From Candidatus Thorarchaeota archaeon (lineage in GTDB: Archaea; Asgardarchaeota; Thorarchaeia; Thorarchaeales; Thorarchaeaceae), in the NCBI GenBank assembly GCA_963726195.1, contig CAVSBO010000005.1, positions 1 to 64,000 of the forward strand: a stretch of 64,000 bases of DNA, written 5' to 3'. Below, one piece after another: positions 53,392 through 63,819 of the stretch. The position numbers and the translations under genes were made by a program. The notes under the pieces were generated by a model. It made no database searches, was not told the origin of the DNA, and saw only the letters and a program-made list of their open reading frames with translations. Numbering within the stretch: the stretch's first letter is position 1; each line of letters begins with the position of its first letter.

Positions 53392-54438
53392 CTAGACGGG
53401 CCGAGTGGGCATGGGTGCGATGACCCAGCCCGAGTTGTTGTACTTTGTGTCGTTGTAGTCAGTCACGATTCTGTCTAGGAAGAGCTTTCTCACGTCTCTT
53501 ATGCTACGAGCGAAAGACAATCGTGTGTCAAAGCCCATTCTGTGTATCTTACTGAAGTCAACTCGGTACGACCTAGAGTCTTCACGACTAGGCCCAAATG
53601 TCAGCTTCGCATCTCCTACTTGTTTTACCACAAGCTCAGCAAGATCCTTGATGACAATATTGTGGTCATTCGAACCTACGTTGAAGACTGAGTGAGAGAC
53701 TTGGTCAGCGTCAGCCTCCAGGAGTGTGGAGAAGGCTCTGGCCGCGTCTCGTACGTCGAGCAGAGGTCTCCATTGGTTCCCACCAAAAACCTTCACCTCG
53801 TGGTTGAAATGAGCAGTTGCAGTCATCACATTCAGGACTAGGTCGAATCTCATTCTAAATGAGGGGCCGCAAAGGGTTGATAGCCGCATGACGACAGGCT
53901 CGAGACCGCCTTCGGTGCCGAGCAGTGCCTGTTCCGACAGAAGCTTGGTTTCTGCATAGACCGACAGAGGTTTCGTCGGGCTCGATTCTGTGACAATTAC
54001 GTCCTCCATCTCGCCATAAACGCTGCAAGTGGATGCAAAGAGAAACCTTCGAATCCCGTTCGACACTGCGACTTGAGCCAGAAGTTTGGTCGCCCAGTAG
54101 TTCGTCTCAGTTGAAGCGTCTCCGTTCTTCTCACAGGCGGGCACACCTACAATTGCGGCAAGATCTATCACCGCATCAATATCCTTCATCGCTGATGTTA
54201 CATCTTCTACGTGACGTATGTCTCCCTTATGCAACTCGAAATTCGGGTTACCAGCCAGCTCCTTAAGGGATTGATCTCCAAAGATCAGCTTGTCCAGCAC
54301 TCTTACGTAGTGGCCACGTTCAAGAAGGTGCCTGGCAAGTGTTGACCCTAGGTAGCCGGCACCGCCGGTAAGAAGCACTTTCAAATTGATTGAAGCTCCC
54401 GTATTGCGTTCAGTAGTTAGAACCGTCTCCGGCTGCAT
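53392..54438 (-). CDS. NAD-dependent nucleotide-sugar epimerase/dehydratase (extended SDR)
   Basis: TGGAGYLGS, DLAAIVG, ASTCSVYG, YAETK, RMRFDLVLN, QWRP. Confidence 0.93.
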   Translation of the reverse strand: MQPETVLTTERNTGASINLKVLLTGGAGYLGSTLARHLLERGHYVRVLDKLIFGDQSLKELAGNPNFELHKGDIRHVEDVTSAMKDIDAVIDLAAIVGVPACEKNGDASTETNYWATKLLAQVAVSNGIRRFLFASTCSVYGEMEDVIVTESSPTKPLSVYAETKLLSEQALLGTEGGLEPVVMRLSTLCGPSFRMRFDLVLNVMTATAHFNHEVKVFGGNQWRPLLDVRDAARAFSTLLEADADQVSHSVFNVGSNDHNIVIKDLAELVVKQVGDAKLTFGPSREDSRSYRVDFSKIHRMGFDTRLSFARSIRDVRKLFLDRIVTDYNDTKYNNSGWVIAPMPTRPV

Positions 54439-54634
54439 TTCCTTTTATACTGTATTATAGGGAATCCTCGCGCCAGAAGGCGCCCATAGAAATGGCCAAG
54501 GATGGTCGCTTTCGGCAAGGGAACGGGTTCTGTGTTCACGCCGGTCGCTGGAATCTCAAAGGTCTGAGACTGAGAGAGCGGACGCTTTAAAACGCCGCAT
54601 TGCAGGCCAGACACTAGCCGAGGTTGATTCACGG

Positions 54635-55762
54635 ATGATACCTTTTGCCAAACCGTACTTCAAACGAGAGTGGCGGCAACGCTTTCTGAAGATTGTCAAT
54701 GAAATACTCGATTCTGGTCAGCTCACCCAAGGTGACAACGTAAAGTCTGTGGAAGAGTGTTTTGCCAACCTTCTTGGTTCAAGGAATGTTGCAGCCACAA
54801 ACTCATGTACAGCATCCCTGCATCTCGCCATGCTCTTGATTGGGATATCAAAAGGCGACGAGGTTATTGTTCCGTCCAATACCTTTGCCGCCACTGCCAA
54901 TGCCGTTGTCTACTGCGGCGGTACGCCAGTGTTCGCCGAGATTGATCCGACGACTCTCAACATCGATCCAAGTCACGTTGCCAAACTTGTCACGGACAAG
55001 ACGAAAGCAATCATACCCGTCCATTTGGGGGGTAATCCTTGCGAGATGAACAGGATACTCGCTGTGGCCGAGAAAGCGGAGATTCCTGTCGTCGAAGACT
55101 GCGCGCACGCACATGGGGCGTACTACCAAGGAAAGCCTTGTGGCGCCTTCGGAGAGTATGCATGCTTCTCATTCTATCCTACTAAGGTGATTGCTGGCCC
55201 CGAGGGAGGGCTGCTTGTTACCGCCAACAAGGATGCTGATGCTCGAGGACGGGTTCTGTTGAATCAAGGACGAGGCGGGTTCGGCCCTCTAGAGATATCC
55301 GAAATCGGCTACAACTACAGAATGAACGAGTTTCAGGCGGCCTTGATAAGAGTACAAATGGAGAGTCTCAAGGAGATTGTCGAGAAACGAACAGAACTCG
55401 TTCAAAGATATCGCAGAAACTTATCACGTACCAAACTTGTGACCATTCCGAAAGCAACGCCCGATTCCAAGCCGTCTTATTATTCGTTCACGGTCCTGAT
55501 CAACAATGTGGATAGGGACGCGGCGAGGGACAAGATGACAGAGGCAGGAATTGGGACGAGCATAATGTACCATCCAGTTCATCTTCAGCCTATCTATAAG
55601 CAGATGTTCGGGTACCAACCCGGAAGCCTACCGATAACAGAGGACGTTTGCTCCAAGATTCTCTGCCTACCTTTGCATGTGGGCCTGACGCAATCCGAGG
55701 TGGACTCGGTGTGTGAAAAGCTCTTGTCCTCGATTGAGGAACTGGCGAAGCAAAGAGGGTAG
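54635..55762 (+). CDS. DegT/DnrJ/EryC1/StrS PLP-dependent sugar aminotransferase
   Basis: NSCTASLH, GDEVIVP, EDCAHAHG, SFYPTK, GYNYRM. Confidence 0.95.
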   Translation: MIPFAKPYFKREWRQRFLKIVNEILDSGQLTQGDNVKSVEECFANLLGSRNVAATNSCTASLHLAMLLIGISKGDEVIVPSNTFAATANAVVYCGGTPVFAEIDPTTLNIDPSHVAKLVTDKTKAIIPVHLGGNPCEMNRILAVAEKAEIPVVEDCAHAHGAYYQGKPCGAFGEYACFSFYPTKVIAGPEGGLLVTANKDADARGRVLLNQGRGGFGPLEISEIGYNYRMNEFQAALIRVQMESLKEIVEKRTELVQRYRRNLSRTKLVTIPKATPDSKPSYYSFTVLINNVDRDAARDKMTEAGIGTSIMYHPVHLQPIYKQMFGYQPGSLPITEDVCSKILCLPLHVGLTQSEVDSVCEKLLSSIEELAKQRG

Positions 55763-55785
55763 GACTGGAAGTCGGAAGAACCAGG

Positions 55786-56943
55786 GTGGCGATCTTGAGG
55801 GTCCTTCTTGTCTGCGACCATTTTCCCACATACGGAGCCAAATCAGTGGCATTTCTGGCCTCGGCACTGATGAGGAAGGGAAACCAAGTTGTGATTGCAT
55901 CAACAAGCGTGGGTATTAAGGGGGAATCTCTGTTGAGCGCCGAATCGCCGTGCGAAGTTGCACGGTTTCCTTCAGTCGCGGTGCCAAGTGCACCCTACAC
56001 CTACACCCCTCTCGCTCAGCAGAATTTGGCAGCGTTGGCCAAGCGATTCCGACCTGACATCATTCACACGCAGTTCATGATGTACTGGCTCAGCCTTGCA
56101 TCGTTCTCTCTAGCTGGCCCTCGCTTACCCTTGGTTATCACTCTGCATGGATTCACGCTCCCGAACGAGCCTTCAGATCCTATAGGCCGACTAGCTTTGC
56201 ACGGTTTGTACAGTACGATGGGAGCCAGACTTCTCCATCGATCTTCGGCCATCGTCTGTGTGTCAGAAGAAGTGCGCAGGAAGATGTCCCTTGTTTATCC
56301 TGGATTCGAATCCCGCGCCAGAGTACTGCCGATTGGAATCGATCCTGAGTTTCTTGACTCGACCAAGACTAGCTCACGGGAGTCAGTTCGTATGCAGACG
56401 CAATCCGATGGCAAGACGGTGTTCATCTTTCTTGGAAGGGTCGTACCAGACAAGGGGATCATCGAGCTCTCCGAAGCCTTCAGGAGCCTTCGTATGAGAA
56501 GATCGGACGTTTCTCTTTTTGTGGTCGGCGATGGAAGCGGACTGCCGATCATGAAGCGCCTTCTGAAGGACGTTCCTGATGTTCATTTCTTCGGTTTCCA
56601 TTCAGATGTGGGGACCTACCTTAGCGCAGCTGATGTCTTGGTCCTGCCATCGTATCGAGAAGGTTTTTCCACGGCTCTGATGGAAGCGATGTACTACCGT
56701 CTGCCGTTTGTGGCAACTCCAGTGGGTTCCGCACGTGATTTGGTGCGCTCCGGAGTTAAAGGGGTCTTGGTCAAGGTCAAAGAGTCGTCAGACCTCCTTG
56801 ATGGAATGGCTCAACTAGCTGGAGATGATTCCAAAGAGCTGCACTCATGGGGAGATCAGAACCGGCGTCTCATCATGGAGCGCTTCACATGGGATACAAT
56901 AGTGAACTCATTGTTGACGGTCTATCAGGAAGTTCTATATTGA
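55786..56943 (+). CDS. Glycosyltransferase family 4
   Basis: FLGRVVPDKG, DVLVLPSYREGFSTALMEAM. Confidence 0.92.
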   Translation: MAILRVLLVCDHFPTYGAKSVAFLASALMRKGNQVVIASTSVGIKGESLLSAESPCEVARFPSVAVPSAPYTYTPLAQQNLAALAKRFRPDIIHTQFMMYWLSLASFSLAGPRLPLVITLHGFTLPNEPSDPIGRLALHGLYSTMGARLLHRSSAIVCVSEEVRRKMSLVYPGFESRARVLPIGIDPEFLDSTKTSSRESVRMQTQSDGKTVFIFLGRVVPDKGIIELSEAFRSLRMRRSDVSLFVVGDGSGLPIMKRLLKDVPDVHFFGFHSDVGTYLSAADVLVLPSYREGFSTALMEAMYYRLPFVATPVGSARDLVRSGVKGVLVKVKESSDLLDGMAQLAGDDSKELHSWGDQNRRLIMERFTWDTIVNSLLTVYQEVLY

Positions 56944-56975
56944 GGTAGTCTTAGTCCAATAACCGGCGTCCGCGA

Positions 56976-57974
56976 TTGAGTCTGAAAGTCATCGAGCTTG
57001 ACGAAATATCAGAAGAGGATTTTGCGAGCTTGCGCTCCTCAGTGAGGGTCAAGACCGAAGAGCATCTTTCGGACTGGGCAGACGATCGAAAGCTCATGAC
57101 CTACGAACTGAATTCTCTTCGGATAGGGCTAGCTTCGGGCACGAGCGTTGTCGGAGCTCGTCTATCTGGCAAGCTCATAGGTCTGGCAGCAGTTTCAAAG
57201 CTTGCTTTTGACACCGAGTTCTTTCAGTTCCCGATGGGCCGAATTGCACCATTGATGTTGTCGGACAACATTGCCTTGGAACAAAGAGGAATTGTTACAA
57301 AAAGAATCGTGGAAAAGACACTGTTGCGAGCAAAAAAGGAGGGCATGAAACAACTGACTCTTCGAGTTCCTCCCCGAGACTATGATATCATCCAGACATG
57401 TATGAGGATGAATTTCGACTTCGTCGACGTCTTGGTCACATATGCAATCGACATGAAGAAGGCGGATGAAGCCAAGATGTCCCCTCCGGCGGACTTTGTA
57501 GTGCGGACTAAACTCGAAGATGATCTCCAGCCACTCATGAGAATCGCTCAGAGCTCTTTTGTTAAGGATCGATTTCATGCGGACAAGCGTTTCAACCAGG
57601 ATAAGGCTGACCAGTTTCACTCGAAGTGGATTTACAATTCGTTGACTGGCGTTGCTGCTGACGAGGTTATCGTGGCTGAGGTTGACGGAAAACCTGCAGG
57701 CTTTACGACTCTGAAACTCAACCGTGAGTTGTCTGATGCAATTGGCATCAGAAGCGGCTCAATGATTCTATCAGCCGTAGATGACTCATTGCGGGGTCGC
57801 GGGATCTACAGACATATGATAGCTGGCGGGCTGCGCTGGTTCAAAGGCAAGTCTGACGTTGTGGATCTAGGCACTCAGATTGACAATCTTCCCGTGCAAA
57901 GAGCATGGTGCGGGCTCGGTTTCAAACCGGCCGCACACCTAGTCACGATGCATTGGTGGGATATTGGTTCTTGA
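56976..57974 (+). CDS. GNAT N-acetyltransferase, WecD (dTDP-fucosamine acetyltransferase)-like
   Basis: FDTEFF, DRFHAD, WIYNS, RGRGIY, TQIDNLP...GF. Confidence 0.85.
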   Translation: MSLKVIELDEISEEDFASLRSSVRVKTEEHLSDWADDRKLMTYELNSLRIGLASGTSVVGARLSGKLIGLAAVSKLAFDTEFFQFPMGRIAPLMLSDNIALEQRGIVTKRIVEKTLLRAKKEGMKQLTLRVPPRDYDIIQTCMRMNFDFVDVLVTYAIDMKKADEAKMSPPADFVVRTKLEDDLQPLMRIAQSSFVKDRFHADKRFNQDKADQFHSKWIYNSLTGVAADEVIVAEVDGKPAGFTTLKLNRELSDAIGIRSGSMILSAVDDSLRGRGIYRHMIAGGLRWFKGKSDVVDLGTQIDNLPVQRAWCGLGFKPAAHLVTMHWWDIGS

Positions 57975-58732
57975 ATCAGACCACTCATTCCAAACCTCTC
58001 ATCCTGATTCCGTCGTACGACGAGGAATCAAACTTGCCTGGAACGTTATCATCACTTCTAGATGTTGTGCCGCGTGACAACGTGCTCGTTATTGATGATG
58101 GTTCAACTGACAGGACTGCTATACTGGCACAAGAGGCCGGAGTCAATCTGCTGAGGAATCCCAAGAACATCGGTAGGAATAGAGCAGTTGTGAGGGGTCT
58201 ACGCTGGGGGCTTGAACGAGGATACTCGTTCTTCATCTGCGTCGATGCAGATGGTCAGCACTCAGTTAAGGAGATACCACGGATTGTGCAACGCTTCGCC
58301 ACCTCTCCGAGTCCCGATTGTGTCATAATGTCACGCTTCACCGTGACTACTCAGCTCAGGGCTGTCCCGAAGGTCGATGCTCTAGGAATACTCGTGAGTT
58401 CCTTCTTGGTGTCATTGGGCGCAAAGTGTCACATCTCCGACCCAACCACTGGCTTCATTGCCTTTTCTCCGCGGGCTGCACGGTGTCTGGTCCAATATGC
58501 CGGATTTCTACGCTCTGTTGTAAGTGACAACACATGGGCGATGGCACAGTATCCTCTGTTTGCTAGAAAGGGTCTCTCCATTGAGGAGCTGAGCACTCAC
58601 CATATCCCGCGCAAGTCTGGAAAAAGAAAGATGTTTTCACCAACCAAGCGCCTATCGTACCCGTTTAGATTGGTTGGCGCATTTCTTGCTGTACAACTAA
58701 CTCTGGCGAGACTCTCAGACGACATCTCATGA
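57971..58732 (+). CDS. Glycosyltransferase family 2
   Basis: LIPSYDEE, VIDDGSTDRT, DADGQH, SRF, DPTTGF. Confidence 0.9.
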   Translation: MNQTTHSKPLILIPSYDEESNLPGTLSSLLDVVPRDNVLVIDDGSTDRTAILAQEAGVNLLRNPKNIGRNRAVVRGLRWGLERGYSFFICVDADGQHSVKEIPRIVQRFATSPSPDCVIMSRFTVTTQLRAVPKVDALGILVSSFLVSLGAKCHISDPTTGFIAFSPRAARCLVQYAGFLRSVVSDNTWAMAQYPLFARKGLSIEELSTHHIPRKSGKRKMFSPTKRLSYPFRLVGAFLAVQLTLARLSDDIS

Positions 58733-58741
58733 GAATACGGG

Positions 58742-59875
58742 CTACACCGAATTGGGCTGCAGATCACCTCTGTGGGTTTTTGGATGACGCAGCCGCCCTA
58801 CGAGATAAACCAGCAGGACTACGGCATACCACGTCATGACAGTAATCAGTTGAGTTATAGGAGTTGGCATGTTAACTGGCCAAATCTGACCTGGAAGTGG
58901 AAGCAATCTAAGATCCAAGGGAACCACGAAAGGCAGAATACAAAGTAAGAATATCAAAGGGTGCGGTATTCGTAGTCTATCGGATATCTTTTCCATACCG
59001 CAAGCACTGAATGCGATCATCGGGACAAACCCAAGAACCAAGAGCCTGTCGATATTGCTGGCAAGGAGAAGTTGAGCATAAACTCCGAGAAGAAAAAGAA
59101 GAAATGGAGTACGAAGACTACTCTTCTTTGCCAAGCCGATGACTGCAAGTGTAATAACAAGGATTGACCAAGTTCCTAAGCTCATTCTTGTTGCCTGCTC
59201 AAGGGGATCCTCAGTGGCCCGCAGAAGCAGGATTTGCTGAATCCAAGAAACCTGAAACGGTGCGCCACCTTCTGGTGGGTATGTCATCCTGAAAAGGAAA
59301 TACAGAACGAGAGTTGGCGCTATTGCAGAGAGTCCGTTCCTTATCCATTTGGCGCCGTCTTGACGGGGGAGGTAGGTTAGAAATGGAATGATACAAAGAA
59401 GCACAGACTCTTTCACGAGTGAACCGATAAGTAGCAGAGCTCCAAAAGAGACTGTTCTACGCTCAATTGTAGTCAAGTACATGCCTACAACAAACGCAAA
59501 AGCGGCCGAATCCGTCAGCCAGAAATCCCATATATTGAATGAGGATAGAGGTTCCAGTGAGTACAACAGAAAGAGGGAAGCCAATCCAATTCCGTGTGAG
59601 ATTCCGATACAACGCAGGAAGTAGTACAGCAAGACGCCGGTAGCAATCAAACTAAGGAGAGCTACTGCTCTAAAGCAGAATTCAGCACCAAACGGGAGAA
59701 GCCAGACAAGGGTAGGGACTGCTATTCTGTAGCAGAGGGGCGCCAAGTGAATTGTGAAGGGTGACAGTGCCATCTGCAGATAGTAATAGTGATCCCACTC
59801 CATGTAGAAAACTGGATTGGGTGGAACGAGAGCAGGGTTACGGATAACGAGAATCAAGACACAGCAAGAGGCCAC
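58742..59875 (-). CDS. Multi-TM protein, putative GT-C glycosyltransferase
   Basis: WDHYYYLQMA, APLCYRIAVP, TD, LVKES; ~9 TM. Confidence 0.65.
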   Translation of the reverse strand: MASCCVLILVIRNPALVPPNPVFYMEWDHYYYLQMALSPFTIHLAPLCYRIAVPTLVWLLPFGAEFCFRAVALLSLIATGVLLYYFLRCIGISHGIGLASLFLLYSLEPLSSFNIWDFWLTDSAAFAFVVGMYLTTIERRTVSFGALLLIGSLVKESVLLCIIPFLTYLPRQDGAKWIRNGLSAIAPTLVLYFLFRMTYPPEGGAPFQVSWIQQILLLRATEDPLEQATRMSLGTWSILVITLAVIGLAKKSSLRTPFLLFLLGVYAQLLLASNIDRLLVLGFVPMIAFSACGMEKISDRLRIPHPLIFLLCILPFVVPLDLRLLPLPGQIWPVNMPTPITQLITVMTWYAVVLLVYLVGRLRHPKTHRGDLQPNSV

Positions 59876-60445
59876 TACTAACGACGATACCAGCTGTACT
59901 CGTGTTGTCTGCTGCGGATGAAGCTCTAGATTCTCGTGGCTCAGAATCTGTCACTCCTACACAATGGAAGACACAAAGCCGCCTTGTAGACAGTCTTAGA
60001 AGGATTTCGGGACAAGAATATCGTTTGTATGTCGCGCATAATGACCCAAGGAAGAACAGAGCACCGGTAATACTCTCTCAACCAAAGCGATTGGGACGGG
60101 GAATATGAATCTGGCATCGATTGGCGTGTATCACAACAGTGAGTAGTCCGCGGCAAGACTTAGAGATCTTCACCGTGTTCGAGGTTATTGGTGAACCAGG
60201 AACCGACACGAATACCGCTTTCTTCAATGACGTGCAAAACTCGACGTCATTCGATTTCAGCAGATTGGATTTTGCGATCGCTGATATCGCTATCCTCCTT
60301 ATCCTGAGAATCGATGCCCTGCATGTTCACCAATTCGATACTCCAACTAACATCGGAACCGGAAACCTCTGTCGGACGTCCATATGAATCGAAGGAAATC
60401 GATGTCGCACTTCCACTTCTGGGAGACCGGAGAAGTCTTGATGCC

Positions 60446-60669
60446 TTACGTTCCGTTGTAAGTGACAATACATGGGCTATGGGGCAATACCCACTGGTCA
60501 CGAGGCACGGGCTTTCCATTGTGGAGTGGGGTTTCATTATATTCCGCAGACATCCGGAAAGAGGAAGATGTTCTCGCCCTCGGAGCGGCTCTTGTACCCC
60601 CTAAAACTGCTGCGGGCTTTTCTTGCCGTCAGGTTAACCCTGACGAGACTCTCTTGTGCCAGCAGCTGA
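60446..60669 (+). pseudogene. Remnant paralog of the C-terminus of the GT2 at 57971-58732
   Basis: LRSVVSDNTWAMGQYPL..R.GLSI.E / SGKRKMFSP..RL.YP..L..AFLAV.LTL.RLS matches 58508-58732, with an internal frameshift. Confidence 0.8.
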
Positions 60670-60870
60670 GGCTGTTGGAACAGTGAAGCTCAGTGGAACT
60701 GGACACTCTATCGCTTCAAGCTTGAAACCGGTCTCCCGACATTGAAAGTGGTAGAAACAGAGATATGGCGACGCTTGAACCCACACTTAGTGAATTGCTG
60801 GGGTTGACAAGCTGTTGCGCACGAATCCAAGATATGCTGCGGCAAACGCCACCAGAGGAGGTCGTTCCGA

Positions 60871-62064
60871 TTGAATCAGTCTAGGCGTCCGATTAGAGTG
60901 GGGCTGATATCCACTAGAGTCTTCCCCGACCGTGGAGGACCTGCCAATCACGTGTTCAACCTATCTATGAACCTGAGTTCTCAAGGGGTTTCGAATTTCA
61001 TTGTTGCTTGCAGGCCAGAGCAAGGTGTACCAAAGGGGCTCGCTCAGCGATTCTGCGGACTCCCGATTAGAGCTCCCAATCAAGGCGGCCTGATTACACT
61101 CACTTTGTTCTCATTCGCATACTTGGTCCTAGGGATTGCATCATGTACAGGACACTTTCTGCGTGCGAAGGTCGACATCGTTCACGCTCAGAGCCCTGCT
61201 ATATCCGGAATTGTCGGGATTGTCGTATCAGGCATCTTGCGAAAGCCTCTGATATACACGGTTCATGGCCTTGCCGGACCTAGGCAACCTTGGTCCAAGA
61301 ACGGAGGCAGTATCGTACAGCAGACTGCCGAAACATGTGTCCTGCGCCGGGCCAAGGTGGTCCTTCTTGTTTCATCTGATTACGAGCAACCAGTCAGAAA
61401 CCTTGCTCCAAGAGTGAGCATGGCAAACATCGGAAACGGGGTGGATATTGAGCTATTTCACCCCTGCGCAAACCCGGCTGACCGAGAGAGCATTCGGAAA
61501 TACCTTGGGATTCCCGCTGACACGGTCGTGATGGTCTGGGTGGGTAACTTCGACCTACAAGAGAAGGTCATGGGTGTGATTGATATGATTCATGCCTTAA
61601 ACATCGTAGTCAACACTGTTGCGGCCTCGTGTTTGTTGCTGTTAGTTGGCAGCGGTGCGGCCTCTGTGTCTGTCGAGCGGCTCGTGGTGGACGGGGGCCT
61701 GTCGGATTCCATCAGGTTCTTGGGCTACAGAAAGGATGTAAGAAACATCCTCCAAGCAGCGGACATATTCACACTGGTTTCTCATCACGAGGGCTCCCCA
61801 AACGCACTGCTTGAGGCTATGGCTGTTGGGTTGCCATGCGTCGTGACCAGCGTTGGTGGTATGCCGCAGATTGTTGGAGATGCTGGGTGTCTAGTTGAGG
61901 TGGGGCAGATACAGAAGATTGCATCCGAACTAGTCAGACTCACGAGCGACTCTTCGTATCGGGCCCAGCTGTCACGACGGGCTAGGGCCCGCGCTCTGAA
62001 TCATCTATCGTGGTATCGGGTGGCCGCAGACACGATCCGAATCTACTCACGGGCGGTTGTATAG
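60871..62064 (+). CDS. Glycosyltransferase family 4
   Basis: PDRGG, YTVHG, IGNGVD, FLGYRKDV, EGSPNALLEAMAVGLP. Confidence 0.93.
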   Translation: MNQSRRPIRVGLISTRVFPDRGGPANHVFNLSMNLSSQGVSNFIVACRPEQGVPKGLAQRFCGLPIRAPNQGGLITLTLFSFAYLVLGIASCTGHFLRAKVDIVHAQSPAISGIVGIVVSGILRKPLIYTVHGLAGPRQPWSKNGGSIVQQTAETCVLRRAKVVLLVSSDYEQPVRNLAPRVSMANIGNGVDIELFHPCANPADRESIRKYLGIPADTVVMVWVGNFDLQEKVMGVIDMIHALNIVVNTVAASCLLLLVGSGAASVSVERLVVDGGLSDSIRFLGYRKDVRNILQAADIFTLVSHHEGSPNALLEAMAVGLPCVVTSVGGMPQIVGDAGCLVEVGQIQKIASELVRLTSDSSYRAQLSRRARARALNHLSWYRVAADTIRIYSRAVV

Positions 62065-62211
62065 TACGACATATACACCAGCGTTGTTGTAGACCTCTGC
62101 GTGTCCTGATGCTGCGAGATTCCCGTACAGAGGTTCCTGCACCCGACCATCAAGACCACCGGACCACCTCATTAGTCAAGAGCATAAATCCGGCAGTGGC
62201 AGCCCGGCTTC

Positions 62212-63819
62212 TTATGACTGTTGCCGAGCCCGTTTTGTCTTAGTCGTGGTTCTCCTTGCAATCGGCAGGAGGATTTTCACCATTACGAGGACAGGCACGT
62301 ACAATAGCCCCGTCCCACGATACGAGTCACGAAGTTGCTCTAGGAAGCTTGGACTGACAGTTCTAGTCAGGGCTAGCATCAACACGTAGACTGCTGTCGA
62401 CAAGGCGATAATCAGGATACCCTCCACAACCCAATGCGTCTGTGGCAGGAATCTGACGATCTGTGGCGCGACAAGATAGGCAGTCAGGCCGCACAAGATG
62501 ATGCCGGGTATCTTCCTGGGTAACGTGATGCCGAACCTTCTTCTCACCCAAATCTCACCTGCCAACAGACCAACGAGTCCTCCGGCGATATACGAGAACA
62601 GAAATGCGAGAATGCCCATCAGCGGAGCCCACAGGACACCTAGAGACAAAACAACGGCAAGGTTCAGTATTGACATCCCTGTTTCTCTGGAGGGGACACC
62701 CTGCCCTTTCAATAGGCCGCCAATCGCGAGGCTGCCGAGCGCGGTTCCAATGAATGACATCAGGTAAATCGGCAGGTATTCCACAGCGAGGTAATGGCCG
62801 GTACCAAACAGGGATTGAATAGCGAAAAGCGGCACTGCTGCAATGATGAATATCGCCGGGGTCATGAAGATCGCAACCTGTGCTGCCGTGTCTTGGAACA
62901 CCCGTTTCAATGTCACAGAGTCCTTCTCAGGGTCCAGCTTGGAGAACAGCGGAAAGAGTGTGTCCGCAAAAGGGGCCGATACAACCCAGAGGACGGTCGC
63001 ATAGGTCGCCACTACATTGAACTCGCCTATCTCCCCAAGTGTGACAAAGACTGGCAGTACCAGATTGACTGCTGGGACCATGGAATTGAGAAGCATTGAT
63101 GAGAAGGAAACTGGGAACCCATACGACACCATTTGTCTTAGCAGGGAATGACTCTCATCAGGCCCAGAATTCATTCCTGAACTACCAACCACACTTCGCA
63201 TTGTGCCTGCGATGTTGATGACGTTCAGCAAAGAAGATGTGAACGAGGCTATCACAAAACATGCCATCGCACCGGACACACCAAGTCCTATGTAAACCGC
63301 GACCGGGGCTCCTATGCTTCTGACTAAGGTCTGAATGATGATAGAAGCACTGGCTGCCCGCATCTTTTCGAAACCCAAGAGCACTGACAGAGTCACGTTG
63401 AAGAGGCTGCTCGCCAAGATCCCAAGTGCTGCGATTCTGAAGACAGGTGCGTACTGCATGTCGCTCAACAACACGAACGTTACTGGGTCCGCCACGAGGT
63501 ATACAGCAATTGAAGACACGATGCCTGTCGCTGCGACAGCTCTCAGTGCAGTTCTGACAGAGTTCCTGACGAAGGCCTTCTGCTCTTGAGCAGTTCCTCG
63601 TGCGACGAAGTATATGCTTGCGCCGCTGAGGCCGAGGTCTGCTACCAATGACAGGATAAATGGCAGAGCCCAAGCCACATTCAAGGCGCCGTAGTCAGAC
63701 GCCCCTAGGCTTCTCACCAGAAGTATCGTGCCAATGAAGGATATTACTGAAGCCGAAAGTCTGCCCGAAACCAACGTGGAGGCGTTCCTTGCGACAGACT
63801 TTCGCAGTTCTCTCTCCAA
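62212..63819 (-). CDS. Oligosaccharide flippase (Wzx/MOP family)
   Basis: VARNASTL, RSLGASDYG, DLGL, LFPLFSK; ~14 TM. Confidence 0.9.
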   Translation of the reverse strand: MERELRKSVARNASTLVSGRLSASVISFIGTILLVRSLGASDYGALNVAWALPFILSLVADLGLSGASIYFVARGTAQEQKAFVRNSVRTALRAVAATGIVSSIAVYLVADPVTFVLLSDMQYAPVFRIAALGILASSLFNVTLSVLLGFEKMRAASASIIIQTLVRSIGAPVAVYIGLGVSGAMACFVIASFTSSLLNVINIAGTMRSVVGSSGMNSGPDESHSLLRQMVSYGFPVSFSSMLLNSMVPAVNLVLPVFVTLGEIGEFNVVATYATVLWVVSAPFADTLFPLFSKLDPEKDSVTLKRVFQDTAAQVAIFMTPAIFIIAAVPLFAIQSLFGTGHYLAVEYLPIYLMSFIGTALGSLAIGGLLKGQGVPSRETGMSILNLAVVLSLGVLWAPLMGILAFLFSYIAGGLVGLLAGEIWVRRRFGITLPRKIPGIILCGLTAYLVAPQIVRFLPQTHWVVEGILIIALSTAVYVLMLALTRTVSPSFLEQLRDSYRGTGLLYVPVLVMVKILLPIARRTTTKTKRARQQS

